A DNA stretch of 64,000 nucleotides from Longimicrobiales bacterium (GCA_965202985.1 CBDBCF010000001.1:2240001-2304000), one strand, 5' to 3'. Positions 8,415-18,407 are shown, counted from the first letter of the stretch. The notes: generated by a model not told the origin, from the sequence alone. Numbers and translations are program-made.

Positions 8415-11225
8415 ATGACAAACCGTGACGACAGATGGCGCCGGACGGCGGCATCGCCGACGCAGACGACGGGAGCGTTCGCTTGGCTGGCGGCAGCGAT
8501 GGTGCTCGCCGTGGGCGCCTTGCTCTTGGCCGGTGGCCCGCGCGTGGCCGCCCAGCAGGTCCCCACGCCCGAATCGGTGCTGGGCCACCGGGTGGGCGCC
8601 GACTTCCACTTGACCACCTTCGAGGAGTCGATCGAGTACTTCGAGCGGCTGGACGGGGCCAGCGACCGGCTGGCGCTTCGGCAGGTGGGGCGTTCGTCGT
8701 ACGGGCGGCCGGTGTACATCGCGCTGATCTCGAGCGCCGAAAACCTGCGCAACGTCGAGCGGCACCGGGAGATCGCGCGGCGGCTGGCCCATCCGAAGGG
8801 GCTGACCGACGACGAGGCGCGGGCGCTGGCCGCGGAGGGCAGGGCGATCGTGCACATCGACGGCGGGCTGCACTCGACCGAGGTCGCGCACGCCGAGCAC
8901 ACGATCCAGCTGGCGCACGACCTGGTCGCCGGCGACGACGACGATCCCGAGATCAGGGCGATTCTGGACAACGTGATCCTCATGCTCTGGCCGTCGATCA
9001 ACCCCGACGGGCAGACGATGATCACCGAGTGGTACCGGTCCAACCTGGGCACGCCCTACGAAGTGGCGTCGGCGCCGTTCCTCTATCAGAAGTACGTCGG
9101 CCACGACAACAACCGGGACGGGTACATGATCAACCAGATCGAGTCCCGGATGGCCACGCGGGTGACGCGCGAGTGGGAGCCGCAGATCCTTTACAACCAT
9201 CACCAGAGTTCGCCGTTCCCGACGCGGATATGGATTCCGCCCTTCGCGGAGCCGATCTCTCCGCACGTGCATCCACTCATGTGGCGAACGGTCAACTTGA
9301 TCGGCATGTCGATGGCGCAGGCGCTGGAGGAGCGCGGCCAGAAGGGCGCCACGCACATGGGCACGGGCTTCGACAACTGGTACCCGGGCTTCATGGACCA
9401 CGCGCACAACTTCCACAACGTCGCGTCGTTCCTGACCGAGACGGCACTGTACCGCTACGCCACACCGCACTTCTACACGATAGGGGACTTTCCCGGGAAC
9501 ACGCGGGAGCTCCGCCCCCAGTCCCTCTACAGCAGCCCCTGGGAGGGCGGCTGGTGGCGGCTCCGGGACGCCGTGGACTACATGCTCACCGCGTCGATCT
9601 CGGTGCTGGACGTGGCGGCCAAGTACCGCACCGACATCTTGTACAACCGCTATCAAGCGGGGCGAGACGTGATCGCCCAGTATCGGGAAGAGCCTCCGTA
9701 CGCGTTCTTCGTTCCCCAGGACCAGCGGGACCCGGTGGCGGCGGTGGAGATGCTTCGGCGCTTGGCCTACAACGGCATCGAGGTGCACCAGCTTGCCCAG
9801 GGACTCGAGTTCGAAGGGATCGCGCATCCGGCGGGGACCTGGGTGATCCCTATGGACCAGGAGTTCGCCAACTTCGTCCGGCAGCTCTTTGCGGTGCAGG
9901 AGTACCCGGACCTGCGCCAGTATCCGGAGGGGCCGCCCGACCAGCCCTACGACGTGTCGGGGTGGACGCTGCCCTACCTGATGGGCGTGCGCGTCGTCGA
10001 GGCGGCGTCGCCGTTGACCGAAGACGTGCGCGACGCGATGAGCGCGCTGGTCGGCGAGCCCCTTGCTTGGGACGCGGAGGTGGAGGACGCTGCGCCTTTC
10101 GATTCCCCCCCTGGGGTCGGCTTCGACAGCCATCCCGTGGCGACGGCGATCGTGCCTCCTGCCGGGAACGCCGGGAGCGGCGGCGGACTCGTGGCGGACC
10201 CGGCGCAGAACAACGCCTTCAAGGCGCTCAACCGCGCATGGGCGAGCGGGGGACAGGTGCGGTTCGTGCCGGGTGCGGGCGGCGAGGGCGGGGCGGCCGG
10301 CAGCTCGGGGCGGTACGTGATCGCGGGGCTCTCGGGAGCTGCTCGGAGCGCGCTGGCGTCGGAGCTGCACTTGCGGCGCGCGGAGGGCGGCACCGGTGGC
10401 CGGTCGGGGGTGGATCTGCCCCGTCCCAGAGTGGGCCTCTACCGCCCGTGGGACCCGTCGATGGACGAAGGCTGGACGCGCTGGCTGCTGGAGGCCTACG
10501 ACTTCGAGTTCTCCAGCTTGTACAACGCCGAAGTGCTGGCGGGCGATCTTCGGGAGCGCTACGACGTGATCGTCTTGGCCGACATGCGCGCCGGGCGGAT
10601 TCTGGAAGGCTTCGCCAAGGGATCGGCGCCTCCGCGCTACGCGGGTGGCATTGGCAGCGAGGGAGTTCGCGAGCTGGACGAGTTCGTGCGTGGCGGCGGC
10701 ACGCTGGTGGCGCTCAACCAAGCCAGCTTGTTTGCTGTCGACCAGCTTCGCCTGCCGGTCGAGAACGTGGTGGCGGAACTGGAGCCCGCCGAGTACTTCA
10801 TGAGCGGATCGATCCTGGAGATGGAAGTCGACCCGTCGCACCCCGTCATGTCCGGGATGCCCGCGCGGGCCAAGGTCGTCGTGGAGCGAAGCCCCGTCTT
10901 CACGACCAAAGAGGACTTCGATGGGGCGGTCTTGGCCAGGTACCCGGAGGATCGGTCGCCCTTGCTTTCCGGCTACTTGCTGGGGGAAGAGCATGTGCAG
11001 GGGTACGCCGCCGCCTTGGACGTGGCGCACGGAGATGGACGCGTCGTCCTGCTGGGCATGAAGCCCCAGTGGCGCGGCCAGCCCTTCGGCAACTTCCGAA
11101 TTCTGTTCAACGCGCTGCTGTACGGCGCACCAGTCGCAGGCGTCGCACCGTCGAATCCCGACTTCTGGAAGGTCCCGGACGGAGACGAAGCCTCTGCCGA
11201 AGAAACGTCCAACGACGAAGCTTGA
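8415..11225 (+). CDS. M14-family zinc carboxypeptidase with C-terminal glutamine-amidotransferase-like domain, secreted
   Basis: Signal peptide, PTPESVLG, GLHSTE (Zn ligands), NPDG, HDNNRD, PYDVSGWTLP, MDEGWTRW, FVRGGGTLV. Confidence 0.85.
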   Translation: MTNRDDRWRRTAASPTQTTGAFAWLAAAMVLAVGALLLAGGPRVAAQQVPTPESVLGHRVGADFHLTTFEESIEYFERLDGASDRLALRQVGRSSYGRPVYIALISSAENLRNVERHREIARRLAHPKGLTDDEARALAAEGRAIVHIDGGLHSTEVAHAEHTIQLAHDLVAGDDDDPEIRAILDNVILMLWPSINPDGQTMITEWYRSNLGTPYEVASAPFLYQKYVGHDNNRDGYMINQIESRMATRVTREWEPQILYNHHQSSPFPTRIWIPPFAEPISPHVHPLMWRTVNLIGMSMAQALEERGQKGATHMGTGFDNWYPGFMDHAHNFHNVASFLTETALYRYATPHFYTIGDFPGNTRELRPQSLYSSPWEGGWWRLRDAVDYMLTASISVLDVAAKYRTDILYNRYQAGRDVIAQYREEPPYAFFVPQDQRDPVAAVEMLRRLAYNGIEVHQLAQGLEFEGIAHPAGTWVIPMDQEFANFVRQLFAVQEYPDLRQYPEGPPDQPYDVSGWTLPYLMGVRVVEAASPLTEDVRDAMSALVGEPLAWDAEVEDAAPFDSPPGVGFDSHPVATAIVPPAGNAGSGGGLVADPAQNNAFKALNRAWASGGQVRFVPGAGGEGGAAGSSGRYVIAGLSGAARSALASELHLRRAEGGTGGRSGVDLPRPRVGLYRPWDPSMDEGWTRWLLEAYDFEFSSLYNAEVLAGDLRERYDVIVLADMRAGRILEGFAKGSAPPRYAGGIGSEGVRELDEFVRGGGTLVALNQASLFAVDQLRLPVENVVAELEPAEYFMSGSILEMEVDPSHPVMSGMPARAKVVVERSPVFTTKEDFDGAVLARYPEDRSPLLSGYLLGEEHVQGYAAALDVAHGDGRVVLLGMKPQWRGQPFGNFRILFNALLYGAPVAGVAPSNPDFWKVPDGDEASAEETSNDEA

Positions 11226-11230
11226 CGGAC

Positions 11231-13720
11231 ATGGTCCTGCCGCTACGAAAGCGCCGGCGCGGTTCCGAGTGCCCAGCGCGGTTGGGGCTCTGCCTTGCGA
11301 CGACGGGGCTCGCCGTCCTTGCCTGCGACAGCCCCACGGAGCCCCGGCCCGCGGCGGCGGCGCCCGCGACGTTGGCGCCCGCGGCAACTCTGGCCGGCGA
11401 CCATGTGCCGGGCGGGCGGATTCGCGTGTCGCCGGCGCGAGCCGCCTTCTTTCGGCGGAGCGGCGACGCGGTACAGCGCTTCGCCTTTGCCGCGCAGCTG
11501 CTTGATTCGTCGGGGGTGGCCGTCGCGCTTCCGGGTCCGATGGCGTGGACGATCGCGGGAGACGGCGGGTCCAGGCTTGCGGGACAGGGGCTGTCTGCCG
11601 ACCGACTCGCGGCGACGGCGGAGACGGAGTCCGTTGTCAAGGGACGCGACACGCTGACGGCGCGCCATGGATCGGCGTCGGGGCGGGCGACCGTCACCAA
11701 CTGGGATTGGCTGGAGAGCAGGTGGCAAGGCCGCGACTGGGTCCGTGCGGGCGGGTCGAGCTGCATCGTGGTTGCGGTCGCGGACCGCGCGGGGACCGCG
11801 GTGCCCCTGTCGGTGTTCCACGACCTGCACGGCGCGTCCCTGGCGCCCGAGACGGCGGAGCTGGACTCGATTTCGCTCGTTGCCGGCGCCGACTCGGCAC
11901 GACTGTGCGTCCGCGGACGGCAACCGGGGTCGGCCGGCCTCGCCGTGTCGGCTTGGGACACGACGACCTTTCGCTACGCGGGGAGCTGGCGGCGCCACCA
12001 CGTTCTCGCAGAACCGCTGACGCTGCGGTTTGCGGCGGACGAATGGGAGCTGGGCGTCGGCCAGGAGGAACCGCTGGCGTTGCAGACGAGGGGCAGCCAA
12101 GGGAACGCGGGAACGGCGCCCGCCTCGGAGGCGTCCGTGTCGTCGTCTCGCAAGGCGGTGGCGGAGATCGCGGAAGCAGGCGGCACGGTGGTCAGAGGCG
12201 TGGCCTCGGGCTCCGCGACCCTGTCGGCCTCGTACGCCGGCCTGGAAGCGCAGGCCCACATGGAAGTGCACGAGATCGTGGCAGTGCGCACGGGGGGCGG
12301 CGTCACCTGCGTTCTGCTGCGTCGGGGGACGCTGCGCTGCGCCGGCGAAGAGGGCCGCCTGCTCGGGTATGGGCGGGAGCGGACGGAGGGCGTCCTGTTG
12401 TTTCCCGACGCGCCGGACATACCGATGGGAGAGAGTCCGCTCGTCGACCTCGGGCGGGGAATGGCTAGCTACTTCGCGTGCGCCGTCCACGCGAACGCCG
12501 ACGTCCATTGCTGGGGCGCCGGAAGGCGCGGCCAACTGGGCTACGGCGACGGCCGAAACGTGGGCCGGTTCGAGACGCCCGCCGAGAAGGGACCCGTGCC
12601 CGTGGGGGGACGGGTGCGAAGCGTCGGCGTTGCGGGCGACCACGCGTGCGCGGTCATGGAGGGGTCGGGCGCGGTGCGGTGCTGGGGGGACAACACCGCC
12701 GGGCAGCTGGGCTACGGGTCCCTGGAGCCGGCGGTGGGAGACGACGAAACGCCGGCGTCGTTCGGCGATGTGCCGCTGGGCGGCAGGGCGATCCAGGTGG
12801 CGGGCGGTCGATTGCACACGTGTGCGCTGATGGAAAACGGCCGGGTTCGGTGCTGGGGGCTTGCCGGCGAGAACTGGGATCTGGCGAACGGAGAGCTGAT
12901 CGGCCGTTCCTACGGGCTCGGCTACGGCGATCGGTTCCCTCACGACGAAGCCCTTGGAGACGACGAGACGCCGGCGTCCGTGGGCGACCTGCCCCTGCCG
13001 GGACGGGCGGTGAAGATCTCCGTCGGGGGCTACCACACTTGCGCGCTGATGGCTCAGGGGACGGTCCGGTGCTGGGGTTCCGCTTGGTGGGGCGTCCTGG
13101 GCGACGGCGAGCGCGGCGCCCAACTGGACCACGTCTATGACGCCGCGAACTCGCCGGAGCTTGGGTTCGAGTCGCCCGTCGTCGACCTCGCGTCGCACTA
13201 CTTCCACAACTGCGCGCTCCTGGCCAACGGCTCGGTGCGCTGCTGGGGAGGCGGAGACCAGGGCGCGCTGGGCTTGGGACACGAGCGAAATATCGGCGAC
13301 GACGAGCCCGCGACGAGCGCGCCGCCCGTGCCGCTTGGAGGTCCCGCAACCGCCCTGGCCGTTTTCTACAAGGGAGGCTGCGCCGTGATGCGGGCCGGGG
13401 GCCTGCGCTGCTGGGGCAACCCCCGCGGGCTTGGCTTCACCGGCGTGCAGCTGGGCGACGACGAAGCGCCCGCAGAGGGCGGCGACGTTCGGGTCTTCGC
13501 AGGACCGCTGCGGCGAGAATCGGGCAGCTTGCAGGCGAGCCGCCTGCTTGTCGCGACGGCGGGCGAGGCGACTTTGACGACCGTGCTGTTCCGAGACCAC
13601 GGCCCGCTGGTGCGGCGGCAACTTGACCTCGGCTTGCGGCGCGGTCCGCTGTTCGGTCCCGAAGGCGTGCTCTCCGCAGACTCCCTGCCGCCGTCGTCTT
13701 CGTGGGTTCGCGCCAAGTGA
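11231..13720 (+). CDS. Lipoprotein with Ig-like domain(s) and RCC1/BLIP-II-type repeats
   Basis: ATG 11231 (the N-terminal part of ORF 8435 is a shadow frame), lipobox VLAC, repeated HxCA...VRCWG...GQLGYG units with GDDETPA tails. Confidence 0.85.
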   Translation: MVLPLRKRRRGSECPARLGLCLATTGLAVLACDSPTEPRPAAAAPATLAPAATLAGDHVPGGRIRVSPARAAFFRRSGDAVQRFAFAAQLLDSSGVAVALPGPMAWTIAGDGGSRLAGQGLSADRLAATAETESVVKGRDTLTARHGSASGRATVTNWDWLESRWQGRDWVRAGGSSCIVVAVADRAGTAVPLSVFHDLHGASLAPETAELDSISLVAGADSARLCVRGRQPGSAGLAVSAWDTTTFRYAGSWRRHHVLAEPLTLRFAADEWELGVGQEEPLALQTRGSQGNAGTAPASEASVSSSRKAVAEIAEAGGTVVRGVASGSATLSASYAGLEAQAHMEVHEIVAVRTGGGVTCVLLRRGTLRCAGEEGRLLGYGRERTEGVLLFPDAPDIPMGESPLVDLGRGMASYFACAVHANADVHCWGAGRRGQLGYGDGRNVGRFETPAEKGPVPVGGRVRSVGVAGDHACAVMEGSGAVRCWGDNTAGQLGYGSLEPAVGDDETPASFGDVPLGGRAIQVAGGRLHTCALMENGRVRCWGLAGENWDLANGELIGRSYGLGYGDRFPHDEALGDDETPASVGDLPLPGRAVKISVGGYHTCALMAQGTVRCWGSAWWGVLGDGERGAQLDHVYDAANSPELGFESPVVDLASHYFHNCALLANGSVRCWGGGDQGALGLGHERNIGDDEPATSAPPVPLGGPATALAVFYKGGCAVMRAGGLRCWGNPRGLGFTGVQLGDDEAPAEGGDVRVFAGPLRRESGSLQASRLLVATAGEATLTTVLFRDHGPLVRRQLDLGLRRGPLFGPEGVLSADSLPPSSSWVRAK

Positions 13721-16371
13721 CGCGGACGCGGCGCGGCTGGACCTGGGCTTCGGCAGCCGCAACGCTGGCCACAGGAGGGTGCGGCGACGGAGGCGCGGGT
13801 CCAACCGATCCGCCTTCGCCGCCCCAGGTGGCGCGGATCGAGCTCTCCGCTGGCGAACCCGACGAGCACGTCGTCGGCGACACGGCGGCGGTCACGGCCA
13901 GGGCGCTCTCGGCCGCGGGCGTCGGCATCGGCGGAACGACCGTCCGCTTCTCCGCCGGTCCAGCCTCTGGACACGTCTACCCCGAGTCCGCCGTCACCGG
14001 CGCCGACGGCGTCGCCCGCGCATCGTGGGTGCTCGACACCATTCCCGGCGACCAGACGCTCACGGCCACGGCAGGCGCCGTCTCGCAACGCCTCCAAGCG
14101 ACGGTGACGCCGGGTCCCCCCGCCACGCTCGCGGCGGACACCACAAAGCTTTCGGGGTCGCCCGGGTCGCCCACGACCCAGGCCCCAGTAGCGTGGGTGC
14201 ACGACCGCTTCCGAAACCCCGTCCCCGACGTGCCCGTGAGCTTCTCCGCCTCGGAAGGAAGCTCGGCCAACCCGGCCCAGGCGCTCACCGGAGCGGACGG
14301 GCAGGCAACCACGGTGTGGACGCTGGGTCCCGATCCGGGCGACTACACGCTGACGGCAGAGGTGGCGGGCGTCGGCGGCGTGGAGTTCCTGGCCACGGCG
14401 TACGGCCGTCTCCTGGGGGTCCTGGGCGACACGCTGGTCGTGACGTCCGCGGACACCGCGTTCGTGCTTCCGGTGGTCGCGCCCCCGGAGCAGGAGTGGA
14501 CGGTCCGCGTGATCGACGAAGCGCGTTGGCTGCAAGACGAACCGGTGCTGGAGGTGAAGCGCAGCGCGGACTCTCGGGGCGTCGAGATGCGGGTCCGGTC
14601 GCCCTCTTTCGCCCGGATCGTCGTCGAGACGGTGGAACAGAGCGACGAGCTGGTCGTCGTGGTGGCGCTGCCGAGGCCAATCGTGACGGCGGTGCACCAA
14701 GCGAACTGGCCCGACAGCTCCGACGCCGTGCTCCGCGGCTATCACTTGGATCGCGTGCCGCTCCCCGCCATTCAGGTGGACGGACAGCCGGTGCTGGCCT
14801 ACGGCGACAGCGCCGAGATCGTGATCCGCCCGCCGTTCTTGGGCGACGGCGCCTGCTCCGGGCCGGCGGCCGCCCCCGGCAGACTGTCCGTCGTCGGCGC
14901 GACGATCGCAGCCGAAACCGTCGTCATGCGCGCCGCAGGACCGCTGCTTTCCCTGGCGACGGGCGAGTCGAAGCGCTTCGACGCCAACGACGAGTGCCTT
15001 CGGATCCTGACGCCGCCCGGTGCCCGGTTCGCCGTCGCCAGCGTGGATCGCACCTACATCGACCAGTCGCGGGAAGAGCCGGAAGCCCTCACCTACGCAG
15101 GGCACCCGGTGTACTCCATCTTCGTGGCCGACAGCACGCCGAACGCCGGCTGGTCGCCCGCCCCGCGCCAAGCGCAGCAGCTGCACTTGCACGACTTGCT
15201 CGTCGACCGGCCTCCCGACGTCCGCGTGCACAACCTCGCGGCGGCTGTCGGCATTGCCGCGAACGTGTACACGCATCCCGATCCCTACGTGGTGGGCGAC
15301 GAGTTCGAGTGGTACACCAACAACAGCAGCGAACGAACGGGGACATGGCAGGTAATGGCCCTCTACCCGCCCAACGTCGCGCTGGCGGTGTTCAAGGACG
15401 ACCTGCCGGCCCTGTGGAACGACGCGCGCAAGGCAGCGATGGACTCTCTGTTCATGGAACTCGGGTCGGACGCAGTCCAGGACATGTACAAGAACGTCTT
15501 CGGTCCCGATCCGCCGGCCACGAGCCCCTCCACCAACCAGATGCTGGTGATGTTCCACGACGGCGAAGACGGCGAGGGGACCGGCGTCAACATCCCGTCG
15601 CGGATCGACCATCGCTACTCCACGATTCACTTCCGGCGGGTCCATTTTCAGGACGACAACGGATGGTATCGCACGCTGGTGTCGCACGAGTTCGCCCACG
15701 CTTGGCAGTTCCGCAACTTGCAGGCCTTCTCCGCCGTTTGGAGCACGGAGGGGATCGCCAACTTCTTCGCCGAAGAGTTCGTTCGGGTCGCGGCCGGGCT
15801 GTCGCTGGATGCCAACGTGGACCCTGAACGGCGCGTGGACGGCTGGTCTTGGAGGATGCCCTGGAGCGGGTCCTTCGCGAGCGGCTACCGGGAAAGCCAT
15901 CCGTTCCTTCGGTTCCTGGTCGAGCGGTTGGTGCTGGGCCACGGCCGCAGCTACGAGTCGGCGATTCGCCGGGTGATTCGCGGCGCCGCCGAAGGATGGC
16001 ACGGGCGCCACTTCGTCGAGTGGGGCGCGTGGGATAACTCCCGGCAAGGGCGGGGCCTAGTCGACTACATGCAAGAAGTGGTGCCCACCTGGGACCCGGT
16101 GGAAGCGCGCCTCGACTGGATGCTGTCGATCGCGTTGGACGACCGCGCACCGGGTGCCGGGTACGACTTCCCGTTCGTTCACGAGGCTTGGCAGGTCTTC
16201 GGCCCGCGAACGGAGCTCCGGCTGGGCGACGGGCGGGAGGCCTCGATACGGGCCACGCGCGGCGGCAACGGCTACTACGTGCTGAACGGCGGAAGCGAAA
16301 GCGCCAGCGTGCGCCTGAGCGTCGTGTCGGGCGAGGCCGATGTGGCGTGGAAGATCGTGCGCTTTCGGTAG
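13717..16371 (+). CDS. Lipoprotein with tandem Big_1 Ig-like domains and a zincin metallopeptidase domain
   Basis: GTGA overlap with the upstream stop, probable lipoprotein Cys (GGCGD), TGADGVA..W and TGADGQA..W invasin-type repeats, HEFAH followed by WSTEGIA. Confidence 0.78.
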   Translation: MTRTRRGWTWASAAATLATGGCGDGGAGPTDPPSPPQVARIELSAGEPDEHVVGDTAAVTARALSAAGVGIGGTTVRFSAGPASGHVYPESAVTGADGVARASWVLDTIPGDQTLTATAGAVSQRLQATVTPGPPATLAADTTKLSGSPGSPTTQAPVAWVHDRFRNPVPDVPVSFSASEGSSANPAQALTGADGQATTVWTLGPDPGDYTLTAEVAGVGGVEFLATAYGRLLGVLGDTLVVTSADTAFVLPVVAPPEQEWTVRVIDEARWLQDEPVLEVKRSADSRGVEMRVRSPSFARIVVETVEQSDELVVVVALPRPIVTAVHQANWPDSSDAVLRGYHLDRVPLPAIQVDGQPVLAYGDSAEIVIRPPFLGDGACSGPAAAPGRLSVVGATIAAETVVMRAAGPLLSLATGESKRFDANDECLRILTPPGARFAVASVDRTYIDQSREEPEALTYAGHPVYSIFVADSTPNAGWSPAPRQAQQLHLHDLLVDRPPDVRVHNLAAAVGIAANVYTHPDPYVVGDEFEWYTNNSSERTGTWQVMALYPPNVALAVFKDDLPALWNDARKAAMDSLFMELGSDAVQDMYKNVFGPDPPATSPSTNQMLVMFHDGEDGEGTGVNIPSRIDHRYSTIHFRRVHFQDDNGWYRTLVSHEFAHAWQFRNLQAFSAVWSTEGIANFFAEEFVRVAAGLSLDANVDPERRVDGWSWRMPWSGSFASGYRESHPFLRFLVERLVLGHGRSYESAIRRVIRGAAEGWHGRHFVEWGAWDNSRQGRGLVDYMQEVVPTWDPVEARLDWMLSIALDDRAPGAGYDFPFVHEAWQVFGPRTELRLGDGREASIRATRGGNGYYVLNGGSESASVRLSVVSGEADVAWKIVRFR

Positions 16372-16444
16372 GGCGACGCCCGAAGCGGCAGCGTCGTCGT
16401 CCCTGGCGTGTTGCCAGCGTCAGCGCCATGGCTTTGCCTGGGAT

Positions 16445-16855
16445 TTATGATTTTGCGGCCAGCGTCGTGCTCTCCACCGTGCGCGACTCCCACCAAGCCG
16501 CTCCCACTACCCCCGCCAACGTGGTCGCCGCAAGCGGCAGAAGGTTTCCCTCGGCCCCCACAGTGCCTGCCACCAGGGTAATCGTCACCACCGTCAGTCC
16601 GCCGAGGAGGCCCGTCACCCCGATCTCCCAGGGCTTGGCGCGCGCTCGTTTCTCGAGCCAAAGCGCGGTGACTGCGTCCATTGCCAGCTGGCTAACGCGC
16701 TCGGGCACTTCGGTGGCGCGCACGTCCTCGACTTCCTTCAAGACGCGGAGCAAGCGACGGCACTCGTCGCACTGCGCCACGTGGTCCGAAAGCCCGGCAA
16801 CCGAGCGCAGGTCGAAGGCGTGATCGACGACTTGGTCGAGGCGTGGACAAGTCAT
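16445..16855 (-). CDS. Membrane-anchored zinc-binding anti-sigma factor (ZAS)
   Basis: ATGA overlap with the sigma stop, HxxxCxxC (HVAQCDEC), two C-terminal hydrophobic helices. Confidence 0.75.
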   Translation of the reverse strand: MTCPRLDQVVDHAFDLRSVAGLSDHVAQCDECRRLLRVLKEVEDVRATEVPERVSQLAMDAVTALWLEKRARAKPWEIGVTGLLGGLTVVTITLVAGTVGAEGNLLPLAATTLAGVVGAAWWESRTVESTTLAAKS

Positions 16856-17403
16856 GGTCTGAACTCCGGCAATCGCTTGGCCAGCTGCTTCGCGGCGTGA
16901 CGCACGTTGGACCTCACCGTACCGGGCTCCACGCCGAGAAGCTCCGCCGCTTCCCGGGTGCTGCGGGACTCGACGTGGACGAGGTGAAAGGCTTCTCGCT
17001 GTGCCTTTGGGAGCGCTTGAAGCTCCTCGATCACGCGCTCTCGAAACTCGCTCCTTTCCGCTTGGGTCAGCGGATCGACCGTCTGGTCGACGGGCTCCGA
17101 CTGCGGGGGAAGGTCTTCCAGGTCCATCAGACGGTGGGCCTGCCGCTTGCGAGCTCGAATCTCCATGAGGCAGGCGTTGCGGGCGATGCGCCCCGCCCAG
17201 GCCGCAAAGCTGCGGCCCCGACGTAGCGCCTTCCGCTGCTTCCAGATCGCGATCCACACTCGCTGATATAGCTCCTCCGCCCAGTCCGCGTCTTGTTGGA
17301 ACGAAAGAATGACGCCCATCAGGAACCCCCTGTGCCGACGGTTCAACTCGCGAAAGAAGGCCGGGTCTCCGGCCCGGAACAGTGCCAGTTCAGAGTCGTC
17401 CAT
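16852..17403 (-). CDS. ECF RNA polymerase sigma factor
   Basis: GGAGG RBS, region 2 AEELYQRVW...SFAAWAGRIARN, region 4 LPKAQREAF...EAAELLGVEPGTVRSNV. Confidence 0.9.
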   Translation of the reverse strand: MDDSELALFRAGDPAFFRELNRRHRGFLMGVILSFQQDADWAEELYQRVWIAIWKQRKALRRGRSFAAWAGRIARNACLMEIRARKRQAHRLMDLEDLPPQSEPVDQTVDPLTQAERSEFRERVIEELQALPKAQREAFHLVHVESRSTREAAELLGVEPGTVRSNVRHAAKQLAKRLPEFRP

Positions 17404-18211
17404 CCTCCATCTGGTACGGCCCGGCCGAGCGTTGCGCAACGCTCCGGCGACGCGCCACAAGAGCCAGGAGGCCGATCTGGACTGCTGGCGCCAGCAGCGG
17501 CGCCCACGCCGCGACGATCCCGGAGACGGTTTCCCAATCCCGGTTCGATCCTTGTGCCAGCAACATGGCGACGACGAGGGCGAGCGTGCCGGCCAGAGCC
17601 ACCGACCACCGCATGCGGCGGCGGGTTCGCGGGCCCGTCCCGGCGGTCGCCCGACCGAGCAGCAGGCCCGCGAAGGTGTTGAGAAGCGCCACCGCCGCTG
17701 TGGCCGCCGGCAGGTGAAGGAAGAGGACGAGCCTGGCCGGATGCGCCCTGTCGGGGTGCTCGATGGACAAGCTGTATTCGGCGGGCGGGTGTTCCCGCAC
17801 GTACTCCAGGTTCCGCAGAATGCCTGCCGGCGTCTGGATGCCAAACATCTCGATGTCCTTTCCGTATCGGTCTCCCCACGCGAACCCGGCGTACTCCGCC
17901 AGCGGTGTGACCAGGGCCGACATGACGTAGGTCGCAACGGCCAGGATCAGTCCGGCGACCGCGGCTGCACGAAAGCGGCGGCCCCGAAATCCAGCCAAGC
18001 GCAAGCCGCCGGCGACCGCGGCGAAGGCGAGCACGCCGGCGGCGTTGCTGGTCGCGGCTTCGATCAGCCACCAGAACGGTCGCAACCCGGCCCGCGCAAT
18101 GTGCTGGACCAACAGAAGCGCCGTGGCCGTCGCCGTCCACGCCATCGTGGACTTCAGAGCCTGCCAGACGCCGCTGCGGACTCTGAGCGGCACCGTGTCT
18201 TCTTCGCTCAT
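17390..18211 (-). CDS. Multi-pass (~6 TM) membrane protein, LptF/LptG-like topology
   Basis: 3 TM helices, a ~45-aa soluble loop, then 3 TM helices. LVTPLA, FLHLPAA and AAWAP resemble LptF/G TM3, TM4 and TM6 motifs (by eye only). Confidence 0.6.
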   Translation of the reverse strand: MSEEDTVPLRVRSGVWQALKSTMAWTATATALLLVQHIARAGLRPFWWLIEAATSNAAGVLAFAAVAGGLRLAGFRGRRFRAAAVAGLILAVATYVMSALVTPLAEYAGFAWGDRYGKDIEMFGIQTPAGILRNLEYVREHPPAEYSLSIEHPDRAHPARLVLFLHLPAATAAVALLNTFAGLLLGRATAGTGPRTRRRMRWSVALAGTLALVVAMLLAQGSNRDWETVSGIVAAWAPLLAPAVQIGLLALVARRRSVAQRSAGPYQMEDGRL

Positions 18212-18215
18212 GGCG

Positions 18216-18407
18216 CTAGTTGGGCATGCATCCGCCGCAGCCGGAGCCGAGGAAGCAGCAGTTCCGGCAGCAGTACGCCCCCGGTCCGCCGCCCCTGCAG
18301 CAATCCTCCCACAGGCTCGCGACGGGCTGCCTCTGTACCGTCGCGAAGACCGCAGCGGCCAGCACGACGTTCAAGACGATCAAGCCGACGATCATGATGC
18401 TACGCAT
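18216..18407 (-). CDS. 63-aa secreted cysteine-rich peptide (CC-x8-CC-x2-CC-x5-C-x2-C)
   Basis: Strong AGGAGGA RBS, clean signal peptide ending VFA, 8 Cys in the last 28 residues. It fills the gap between two co-oriented genes exactly. Confidence 0.75.
   Translation of the reverse strand: MRSIMIVGLIVLNVVLAAAVFATVQRQPVASLWEDCCRGGGPGAYCCRNCCFLGSGCGGCMPN

Noticed and set aside
8435..11230. N-terminal half of the 1761-aa ORF as a giant fusion protein
   Set aside because: It is an Arg/Gly/Pro-rich shadow frame overlapping the real M14 gene; the true gene starts at ATG 11231.
8397..11387. 996-aa antisense ORF, and similar long antisense ORFs such as 13366-16047, 28239-30947, 45660-47789 and 55665-58841
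   Set aside because: They mirror well-supported genes, as expected in high-GC DNA with few stop codons, and show no motifs.
18216..18407. Cys-rich peptide as a lanthipeptide, sactipeptide or ranthipeptide precursor
   Set aside because: It has a Sec-type signal rather than a RiPP leader, the core has few Ser/Thr, and no modifying enzymes are in the window.
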